Origin: Lama glama
Taxonomy: Eukaryota
Direction: 5' to 3'
Assembly (NCBI GenBank): GCA_028534125.1
Contig: CM052832.1
Location: forward strand, 10,418,001-10,482,000
DNA: 64,000 bases
Positions 12,541 through 23,381 of the stretch are shown piece by piece. Below the pieces are notes generated by a model. The model saw nothing but the letters and a program-made list of their open reading frames with translations. It searched no databases and was not told where the DNA came from. The position numbers and the translations under genes are program-made. Positions within the stretch are counted from its first letter, which is position 1; each line of letters opens with the position of its first letter.

Positions 12541-13740
12541 CAGGCAGCCCTTGCTTTGAGCAGTTTCCAAATGTATACATGTGTATACATATATACACAA
12601 TTCCCATATATATGCCATACATATATACATTCCCATATGTATGTATATGTGGAATATACATGGATTTCCATCATGGTTTAGTTAAACCTGTCCCCCAACA
12701 ACAGTTCAAATGTAAGTTACCATGGTATATTGACAGTGAGTAATTGCACAAAAGGCACAAACTTTGATGCTAGTTCTTCATTCCACAAATCACTCCATAA
12801 ATAAGCGATGTGCTTCATGGTCAGCAACTAGTCATGTCACTTCTCTCACCTCTGTGGTGACTGGTCACTGCACATCTGTTAATCAGTTCATGCACAGACA
12901 GCAAAGTGCGCGGCTGTGTTGTTTCCGTGTCTCCTGGTGATCGACCCATGTGGCACTTTGCAAAAATGGATCATCTAAAAAGGAAAATGGCCAACAAAGA
13001 GGAAAGCACAGCAAAGACACCAAAAGCTGGTAACACTGAAGTGGAGTGAAAAATCGAATGTAAATGGAGTCACAGAAGAAATAGCTGACCATGGGAGAGT
13101 GGGCACGGTTGCCCCTCGGGAGACTGTAGATACGCAGTCAAGACAAATTTAGTGAAGGACAGCTAACTGACATTAATGAGGAAAGCGGTTGTCATGCAGA
13201 GGATGAGGCTATCCCAGAGGAAGTGACGTGGACAAAAACTTCACATTAAAGGAACTCGTGGAGATTATTTATGACATTGAAAGTGCAAAGGACAAGACAT
13301 TGGAAGTTGATTCAAACTTAGAAAGGAGAGAAAAGATACTTGCTCTTTGTCGTTACGATGAAAAAAACCCATAGTTGAAAGCTGTTTGCTCTTTATATGA
13401 CGAGAAGAAAAAGGCAAGGGCTGTTCAAACTACTCTTGAGAAGTTTTTTTTTACAAAGAAACAAAACACTGTAATTCTGTTTCTAATATTTTAAATTAAA
13501 TGTTAGAAAATTAATATTTTAAACACTGTCTTTACTATTTTTAAAGAATTTCCCTGTATGTTTCCCTATACAGTCCCTATCACCTACAGTGAGAGTTTTT
13601 AAAGTTAAAAAAAATGTTTTTTGAAAGATCGCAGAGCAATAACAAAATTTCCCATGGATTTTTAAGATGATTTTGCATGGTTTCAGCTTATGTGGTCATT
13701 GTTATGGCCCTGAACTACTGTGCAGAGGGAGGACTGCCTC
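12541..13740 (+). mobile_element. Internally deleted TcMar-Tigger DNA transposon (subfamily uncertain)
   Basis: Inverted termini caggcagcccttgctttg / cagagggaggactgcct; transposase relics MDHLKRKMANKEESTAK, FTLKELVEIIYDIESAKDKTLEVDSNLER and VQTTLEKFF. Confidence 0.8.
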
Positions 13741-16700
13741 AGTACAGAATAACATATTAGCTATAAAACAATGCGTGGGGGGTGACAAAAACTCAGTTCA
13801 ATGTTTCTGGTTAGGTCTGGAGGAGGCAGACAGGGGAATGCGGCCAGGGAGGTGAACACGGGGCTTTGGCTGCATTTGTAATATTTTATTTCTTAAGTTG
13901 GTGTAATAGTTTCAATAGCATTGGTTGTGTTTTCTTAAATTTCTTTTTGCTTGTTAAAAATTTCTTAATAGAAATGTAGACATGAACCATACAAATAAAC
14001 ATATCCAGTGGGTCCATTTCTTTGCTATAAATGGTGAACATTGGCCCTGACTAGTGGAAGAAGAAGGACAAGATCAGGGCTGGTTATTTAGGGGACGCTT
14101 CCTGAAAGAAGTGGTGACTCAGGAGAAAGAAAAGACAAGAGGAGGAAGATGGGGCCTGAAAAGGCAGAGAGCACTGAGCTCCACGGGGAAGCAGGCCCTG
14201 GGGTCGCAAAGACCCTAGAAAGATTCCGGGTGCCCCAGGATGGAGGCTGGGGGTGAATGTGGAGGAAAAGGGGCTGCAGGAGGCCAAGGTTCTGATCTTC
14301 GTCCCACTGCTGACAAGCCCAGTGCTCGGGACCGGTCCTTCATCTTCCTGGGCTTCACGTGTCTCGTCGATAGAATGGGGAACTTCTCTTATCAGAAGAG
14401 ATGTTTTCTAGATGTCCCCTCCAGGGTTAATTATATTTCTTTCTTGTATACTAGGGTTAAGGCCAAGTGTTGCAAGTTCCCCTAACAAAGGGCTGTGTAA
14501 CCCATTTCTGGGCAGAGGAGGACTGTTCCCATCTGCCCCTCCAGGCAACCCTCAGGAGAATGCACTGCCATCGTGAAGAGGAAGTAAGGCCTGTGTCAGC
14601 GTGATCATCGTCACTGTCACCTTCCCTTTTCTCCCCGCGGAGGCCACCAGAAGCACGCTCGGGTCACCAACATCTCCACAGGGGCTGATTGGGAAGAATT
14701 TCCAACAGTGGTACTGGTAACTGGCAGTGGCGGTACAGGGACCCCCTGTGATTGGAAGATACAGGCGTGAGGCTGACTTCTAGGAGCGCGATACTGGCCT
14801 CTCAAGGATTTGGGGCAAAGAAAACAGAGGGATAGAAAACATTCTCCCTCCTGTTTTTCTTGGAGCCTGAAGGGAAGACAAATTCTTATCTTCTCGTTCC
14901 CACCCTCCTCCGCCTTGTCTTCCCAGGGGGCCTTCACAGTCCCTAAATCCTTCACAACAGAATTGGCTCCCAGAGGACAGGGGAAAACTGCAGCCTGCCC
15001 TTCTCATAGCCTGTCATTCATTCTGGATCTCTTTCTCATCACCTTCCTTCCAGTTCTAATTTAATCCCTGGTGCCTCTCTTCCCGAATGACAAAACCAGA
15101 TGAAAATCAGGAAGAAAGGACATTTCTGCAGAGGTGAGAGCCAGGTGCTTTGGAGACATCGCTCTGTCCTCCAAGGATGAGGTAGATTTTCCTAAATCTA
15201 TTATTAATAAGATGAACAAAATTTTCAAGAATTTATAGCTTTCAGAAAACATTCCAGTTGGGAAACACTTGTCTGGGACTTGAGGTGACTCAGCTCTTTA
15301 TCGTTCAAAGCAGAGATGCATAGATATGTTGAGAAGGTAGCAGGTAATGTGAACCCACTGGAGAAGGCAAGGATGGCTACGTGGGTGAAAAAACAGTCCT
15401 TTTATGGGGTAAATGATAACTATCATTTATTGCAACCACAGGTGTTGTGCTAAGTGTTTCACATGCCATCTGCACAACTACCCATGATGTAGGTCTTATT
15501 ATTAGGCCCATTTTACAGGTGAAGAAATAGAGGCACGCAAGGCAATTTGCCTAAGACCATAGAGCCAGACAGAGCCACTCATACAGTAAACGGCTGGCGT
15601 CTAGGAGAATGTGTGATTTGCTTGTGGGAGTTAATCATGCCTAGGTAATAAACTGCCACCATCTTTTATACATCCATCTTTTCGTCAGTTGCTACCACTT
15701 ACTTTCCTTAGACTCAGCAAAAGAGGAACCCCAGATGGAGTGCTGGGCTGGCATTAGGACAGTTCCATTCCACAGCCAGCTCAGCCCTTCCCTTTGTATG
15801 TGACCCTGGGACTCTGTCTGCACATCTGTCAGAGGAGGCAGTGGGACTCCCTAGCTTCAAACGTCCATCCCAGTCCCACCATCCTGTTGCACATCCGTCT
15901 ACTGACTCCATGGAGGGTGGGGGATCGCAGAGCAGCTGCTGTTTGTGACTTTTCCAAGGCTCCTCCCACCTGGGCATCGCCCCCACGTTGGCTCTACCTT
16001 GCAGCAAAGCCAGCCGTGTAGGAGGGCCTAGCTGCCTGTCCCCTTTGAGTTCTCCCTTTTGGGATGTCTTTTCACACCTCCCAGTGCTGAGTGGGAGTGG
16101 ATGAATGCCACATGTTTGCTCTGATGAGGCCTCTTCCTTCCCCTCCGTGGAATGCTTTCAGCACAGGACTTGGGGATCGATGCCTCTAACCTGACTTTCT
16201 GTGAGCTGCTCGGGGATGTCTGCAGAGCAGTGATCCATCACTGCCGCTGTGGGAACCCTTCTTCCCCGATCCCCAAAGGCCGGAGGAAATGCCTCCCTAG
16301 CCAGAGCTGGTCCCTAACTCATGGAGGAGATGAATTAATTACATAGCCTCAGGCACATCGTGGTCTTTCTCTGGGCCACAGTTTTCACAATTGTACAATG
16401 AAAGGATTGGACCAGACAGTCCCCTAAGATACTTCCATCTCTAATGCTGTATGGTTAATTTCATTTCTGTGTTTGTTTCATGTTCCTCCCAATATCTGCT
16501 GGTTGAGCTGTTAAGCTGCCTCCAACACCCCACTGGAGGGACATAGCACACTGGGCTAAATGCTGTTTTGTTAGGCTAACTTGCTATTAAAACATGAGTA
16601 ATATTGAAGTCTTGTTTATGAAGTAGCACTGAATAGAAAAGGCAGAAGAGCAAAGAGGAGGCACACAGTGGTTAGGACATGGGGAAAACGTGTCTAACAG

Positions 16701-17394
16701 CACTTGAGAAGGAGCTCAGAGAGATGAAGTGTTTGAGTTTCATACTCAGTGGATTCTTTGGGCTCTAATGTTGCTCTAAGTTAATAATTTGTAAAAAATG
16801 TGGCCAATGAGACGAAGGGGCCTTCCAAATTTCATCAAGGAGCCTATGGGGCTTCCCTAAGATTTCATTAGGAAGAGACCAATTTAAAGATTAACTAATG
16901 CAAGAGATGTAGCTATCTGATTGTAGCAGGCCCATGAGGTGGTGGAGTGAGAGAAGTTCCTGGCAAATGATAGAGACCAAAAAAAGAGGAGAGCTGAGAA
17001 GGAGAGAATTGGTGTTTCTGTGGCCCAGAGTAGAAGGTTCCCTTTCCAAATGATGAGTTCCAGTATCCAAAGAGTGATGCCTTTGGAATCAAGCCCCTCT
17101 GTACCGATGGAGTGAAAATAACCTTGAGATGACATTCAGCTTCCTTTCACTTACTCAGAATTCCTCAATAGAAAAAAAAAATTCCTCAGTAGCTGTTTAA
17201 TCAAATTTAGTCTCTTTGCAAGCCTGCCCAACAAGAAGCACCTGTGCAAATATCACTGCTAAACTGCCAGATAAATCTCCTACTATAAATAATAACAGCA
17301 GCTATGAGTTACAGTGCTTTCTACAGAGAAGGTACTTCACACACATTTATCTGTAATTTTTACAATAACCCTGCATGGTGGGGATTGATATTTC

Positions 17395-17510
17395 AGGGCT
17401 ACCATGCAGATGGCACATTGCAGAACTCTGGGACACCATTCACACTGGAGTCTTTATGAATGATATCTTCTGAAGTTGTGCAGTATACAACCTGTACTAC
17501 TGTACAGGTT
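17395..17510. mobile_element. MER91-like hAT-Tip100 MITE between MIR fragments
   Basis: cagggctaccatg...caccattcaca...atgaatgatatc...agttgtgcagtatacaacctgtac, degenerate palindrome. Confidence 0.65.
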
Positions 17511-19384
17511 TAATCATAGTATAACAAGACTTCTACAGTGTTCAGTATTGTTCTAAGCACTTGCATACATATATGGCAGCTCATTTAATCCTTGTACCAA
17601 CCATGCAAGGTGTCTGGGTTCAAAATATACCTTCTTTCATCCTACATTGCCACTTGGCCAGTTATTTTAATACACTGTCACATGGCATCTGGTCAGCCTC
17701 TACCTGTGACTACCATGCATCTGTCAAAGGGTGACTGTGCTGAGTTCCTGGACCTGACAGGCTAAGAACTAGGCCCTTGAGCCTAACGACCCACTGAGGC
17801 AGACATTCTGAGAGGCCCTCCCGAGTTGGCCAGGGAGCCACTTTACACGTACATCAGTCACCACGTTCACCACGCATCATTGTCCCTTCCTGAGGAAGGG
17901 GCACACATTCCACATTTTTGTAGAGTAAGAACATAAAGCACTTTGAAAGATTATGAGCTGAGTCGGTAATAAAAAGAAAGTAGAGGAACAATCTGATGAC
18001 CACTCCAACCTCAAACCCTCACATCCGAGGTACCAAGGAGGGTGACAAGACAATCCTCAGATCATTGGACTTTTAAAACTGATTTCTGGTTGGGCTCAGC
18101 ACCTTGTGTCCCAGAAAGAGGGAAGAGCCCGTGGTGGTCCTTTTGAGAGTCCTGGTCCTAGCTCCTCCTTTTACTTGCATGCTGGTGTGATATGTCTGGC
18201 CATGCAGATGGCTAGAGGAATCCTTTTCTGGTTAAATCAGATGAAGCATCAAACAATCATTCACTGGCATGAATCGTGAAGGCCACCACTCACCCCCTGT
18301 ATGTATGTGTGAGGTGGCTGCCCTGGGTCTGTCTCCTCTGCTACCCCTGTCAGCCAGTTTTCATATAACAAGCACCCTCTGTCCCTCAGGTGGCGAGGGC
18401 TTCTGTCCTCCACGTCCATGTAGCCCCCGTGGATTCCAAGCCATCTTGCTGTTGCCATAGAAACTCCACCCAGCCTGCTTGCTGCACATTTGTGAGTACA
18501 GATTGTGTCCTGTCATCTCATCCAAATGCCTGGACCAGCTTAATTCGGGAGAGGGAGAGAGGGAGGGTGGTGTTCAGTCAGATTTGGACAACTTCATGTC
18601 CCTCAGCCACTTGGGCTTGTGGGGGAAAGCAGACCAGCTCAGCGTGGCTTCTTCAGCCCATTAGCCCTTTGTAGCCTGTCTACACCGTGGGCACCCCTGC
18701 TTCACTTCCCCGCGTTATTCCTCTTCCTGAATGTTCCCCAGGCCCCTCACATGTTAACTGCCATCCTTAACCCAGCCCATCTCCTCAGAGGCCTCTCCCC
18801 TGGACCAGACCCAGAGGTAGGTGTGGGGCTTGTGTTGAAAGAACTGGAGAAGGAAACTGAGGCAGAAAACCTGGTTCTTTGGGCAAATCTCCAAACTCCC
18901 CAGCCCAACATTTTGTCTTTTCACAGGCGCAACAAAAACGGGATATCCAAGGATATAAGAGTCATCATCCTTATTTATCCCCAAATCTTAGGAACAGTCC
19001 CCCAAGGTGCCTAGTTTTCCTTAAGTCATTACTAGGACTTCTTTGAACTATTTATATTAACCCTGCTTTTTCCCCCTCAATGTAAGTATTTTGTCATAGT
19101 TACCTTGCTGAAAATTGAGGGTTTTTTTTTTTAAACTGTTTCACCAGGATCTTAAATTGTTATGATCCTTATTATAGCTTGGGCCCAATTCCTAACCATT
19201 CCTCAGAACCAAGGCAAACTCATCTCTCCTCTTGTCCTCAAAGTCACCTGTTCGGGCAGTCCCTTGCATCTCGGGAGGCTGTGAGGATGGTGCTGGTGAG
19301 CTTTGGAGAGGACTCTGTGTGGTGGGCTTCAGAGCTGGCATTGTCTGTTCAAAGGTGCAGTCCAGTAGCCCATGAATACCTACT

Positions 19385-19708
19385 TTATTTTTTGTTGTAA
19401 AATTTTTAGTTTATAGATACATTAGCAAAAATTGTTTTATTGAACTATAGTTGATGTACAATATTATATGTCACAGGTGTATAATACAGTGGTTCACAAT
19501 TTTTAAAGGTTATGTTCCATTTATAGTTATAAAATTTTGGCTGTATTCCCTGTGTTGTACAATATTTTATAATTGTAGCTTATTTTGTACATAATAGTTT
19601 GTACCACTTAATCCCCTACCCCTATAATGCCCCTCCTCCCTTCCGTCTTCCCCACTGGTAACCTCTAGTTTGTTCTCTGTATCTGTGAGTCTTTCTTTTT
19701 TGTTATAT
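19385..19708 (-). mobile_element. 5'-truncated cetartiodactyl-type L1 3' end with 14-bp TSD
   Basis: ttattgaactatagttgatgtacaatatt...ccccactggtaacctctagtttgttctct; flanked by catgaatacctact (19371-19384) and catgaatacatact (19709-19722). Confidence 0.9.
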
Positions 19709-20381
19709 CATGAATACATACTAAGAAACAGTTGAAACCAATTGCTTTGAGACAGGGCATGCACACTCTTACTTGCCAGTCTCACCAAGCTATGTTGTCT
19801 TTTTGCACTCTGATACTCTGATACATCACTAATGGCTAGCTTGGTGCAAAAAGACATTGTTGTTTGCACCATCTGGGACCAGGAGATGGTCACCCCTTGG
19901 TCAGTGGCAGCATGTCTTGGCCCAGCTGTTAACCCTTTCTTGCACTGAGCTTGGTAGACTCCCACTTGCCGAATAAAAACCTATCTTTTGGAGCCAAGGT
20001 CCGCGGCACAAGATATCATTCATAGACAGGGTCAGAAGATGAAAAAGGCTCTGCTTTAAATAGGAACGGGTTCTCCTTCATGTTATTAATACACTGAGAC
20101 AATTACAGTCTCCTGCCAAAAATCCAAGGAAGAATAATTGATTTAGGAACTGCTTGGATCAAAGTCAGGCTGCCCTCTGATATAATGTCTCTGGGAACTT
20201 GGTGAGCATGTCGCTCAGACCATCCCCCAGATGCCGGACCCCTCCAACGGAGCTGGCCCCAGGTGGGCCAGGGTGCGGGAAGTATAAGATTTGCGGAACT
20301 GAGCTTAGCACATCCAGTTCAGAATCTGGAATGACCAGCCAGCAAAGAAAATGCTAACGGTAGTGGACAGCCCTATAAACC

Positions 20382-20828
20382 AGGGCTCTAGAAGTGGAGT
20401 CCATGGAGAGAATTTAAGGGATCCCTGAACTTGGGTGGGAAAGTGTCACATCCTTGATTTCACCAACTTCTAATCGCAGTCGAGCATTTGCTTCAATCAT
20501 GAACGTAGACAAACATCAGCAGGGTTCGTGGTGCCTTAGACTTTTCTACCAATGGAAATCAGTTTTTTTCATCATGTGACAAGTTTTGCAGATACCTCCA
20601 AATAGCGTTTATACTTAACACTCCTCTAAAGGGCTTCTTAGACCTGCCTCTAGATTTTGTTTAATGGGTTAAATTACAAATATAAAGAGAGATGTATAAA
20701 TAACCAGTTTCCTCATAATCCTATATATTTTACGTCATGAATTTAAAAGCCTTATTCTGAGGAGGGTCCATGGGCCTCACCTCAGTGCCAAGGGGGCGCA
20801 TGTCACAAGGAAGGGTAACACTGCTGCT
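20382..20828. mobile_element. hAT-Charlie non-autonomous element
   Basis: cagggctctagaagtggagtccatgga start and ttattctgaggagggtccatgggcctcacc...gccaagggggcgcatgtcaca end resemble Charlie4-type elements. Confidence 0.65.
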
Positions 20829-21474
20829 CTAGGTTTCCCTTTAAAAGGAGATCAACTTCTGGAACTTACAGGTAAGGCCAGACTGGAAGGGAGAAGCCTC
20901 AGAGACCCAGTTTGGTCGTATTTGCCTATATAAAGAAGACTCTTAGAAAGGGAAATGCTTAAACTACAGGAGTAAAATTCTAATGGCAGCATCTCAGCAT
21001 TTGTGGAGAGATCTTTTAGAGCAGGGTTTAAAATATCCCTATTAAAATACGGCACGGGCAAACAACCAGCCACTCTACAGGCACCAAAGCTTGCTTTTGG
21101 TTCAGGTGGTGGCAGAAGGGTGACGAAAGGAAGGAAGGATGCTGGGATCTCCAAGTTGCCCCGCTATAGAGCGCAGGAGAGACGCTGTGAAGACCTCTAG
21201 AGTGGCTCCCACGCTGCTCTTTCAAGGGGTGGTGTGGTGAAGGCGCTGAATTTCACCTTGAGTCCAGCAGCCTTGGGGCTGCAACACTCTCGGTGTCCAG
21301 GAAGCCCCCTTCTCCTCTGGTGGCTGCAGCTTACCGGGACCTGAGCCTCCTGGAGAGATGTGTTATGTGTGGGTGGGGAGGGGGACTGGGAGCGCCCCTC
21401 AAGCTGGCAGTGCAAACAGAAAACCAGGCTTTTGAAGTTTGGCCAGAACATTCTGTAAAGGATTAATTTCCTGA

Positions 21475-21685
21475 CTGCAGGTAGCTGTGGGGTCAAAAAA
21501 TCCATTTAGTGGATCACAACAAGCATTAAAAAATAGAATAGAAAATAGAGTATGTCACACCCAGGTTAAGGATTATCTTGTGAACCTGGTTTTTGTTTTA
21601 TATACGTGCATGTGTGTGAGGACTGGGTTGCAATGTGATTTATTTCTTACTGTGGATCGCAGCCAAGAGTTTAAAAAACAGTGCT
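21475..21685. mobile_element. hAT-Charlie MITE (subfamily uncertain)
   Basis: gtggggtcaaaaaatccatttagtggatcacaac...tttcttactgtggatcgcagccaagagtttaaaaaacagtg. Confidence 0.6.
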
Positions 21686-22471
21686 GCCAAGATGCCCCTG
21701 CAGCCCCATAGAGAAATCATGGCAGTGGGAAGAGAGTGTATCCGAAAGTAATAATTCAGTTCAAGGACTCAATAATTATTTTAAGGAATATTAGAAGAAA
21801 GCACACCAAAGTCCCGGGAATGCCACCTATTATTCAGTACTAGGCTCAAATCAGGACCTCACCTTACACGACCTCATCAATCAGTGAGGGGTGCTTGGGT
21901 GAATACAGTCAAAAACGCGGAGAGGCTATTTGAATGACCCCCATTTTGGGGGAAACCCTGAGGCGGGAGAAGAAAAATACGTAGAATATCACGGAGAGGG
22001 CAGGCCTGAGCCTGGGGCGGATTACAACCTGGGTCCTCACTCCATTCATGTAACCTTGTTTCTTAGTCTCTAATGAGGGGATGAAAACGCCTGGCCGGCT
22101 GACCTCATGGGAGTGGCTTCCTGAGTAAGTGGGATAATGCAGAGAGCAGCTTTGTAAAGTGTCAAAAGTGTCTGGAGTTATTGCCGTCCCGTAGGGAGGG
22201 CGACTTTCTTGTCCGTAAATCAGAGTGCTGGCAGATTTGGGGAGTGTGCTGCTGCGTCCCAGAGCAGTTCATCTTCCTTCCCTTAGGACTTGAAGCCCGT
22301 TCTTCTCCCTTGTTTCTCCCCCTCTGGAATCTTGCTCCATTACCATGCTTCCTCGATAGCTTCAGCACCCCTTCAAATGTTCCCATTCAGCCCACGAACT
22401 CTCAGTTTTTCTCTTGGCCTCCACCAAAACTGCTCTGGAGCCTCTCCCTAAGGCTACCATAGACTTTAGAC

Positions 22472-22820
22472 TTTTTTTTTTAATTGAAGTATAGTTGATT
22501 CACAATATTGTTAGTTTCACTTTCTACAGCAGTGACTCATATATATATATACATATCCCCCCTCTCTCTCTATGTATATATATATACATATATATACATA
22601 TATATATTTCAGATTATTTTCTGTTATAGATTGTTATAAGATACTGAAAATTGTTCCCTGTGTTATACACTAAATTCTTGTTGCTTATCTATTTTGTGTA
22701 TGTTAGTTTGTATCTGTTAATCCCACACTCCCAATTTATCCCTCCCCACCCCACACCCCACTTTCCCCTTTTAACCAGAAGTTTGTTTTCTATGTCTATG
22801 AGTCATTTCTGTTTCGTCAG
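22472..22820 (-). mobile_element. 5'-truncated cetartiodactyl-type L1 3' end with internal (TA)n and 11-bp TSD
   Basis: ttttttaattgaagtatagttgattcacaatattg...tagtttgtatctgttaatccca; TSD accatagactt at 22456-22466 and 22865-22875. Confidence 0.9.
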
Positions 22821-23381
22821 CATTTATTACTTGTAAACTTCTTGAGGCTAGACTGACCATTCTGACCATAGACTTCTTCATTCTCAAACTTGGCCTTCAC
22901 TTCTTAGCTTCCACTTGTCTTCATTCCATTGTAGCTCAGTATAACCAAGCTTCCAGTCCCTTATAATCTTGCTAAAACTGTTCTTGCTCAGATCACCAAC
23001 AATCTGTGGTAAAAATTTAATAAATGCTCTTCCTAGTTCCTAATGTCCATTCTGGTTCATTTGATCTGTTGGCCACTCTTCTGCAAACTTTGGCACCAGA
23101 GAGTCACATGTCATCATACACTTTATTACTTCTCTGTGGTCTCTTCTTTCATGATCTCAGGCCTTAGGGACTCATAAGATTTTAAGCATGTGTTATATAG
23201 CAGGGCAGCACGCAGCTATAAATGGCGCTGGTGCTGTTTCCTCCTGCTGTTCACCATTCCCGTGGGGCTTGTGGGCTTACTCTTCTCCCGAATTCCCCAC
23301 CGAGCTTAGTAGCATGGAGCTTCCATTGTGCAATAAGGGAAAACCGAGAGGAAATGAGTAGGGACAGGACAGTGTTCTGTG

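Noticed and set aside
18911..19010. Strong plus-strand acceptor ttttgtcttttcacag
   Set aside because: Only a weak donor follows and no partner exon was found; single splice-like sites arise by chance
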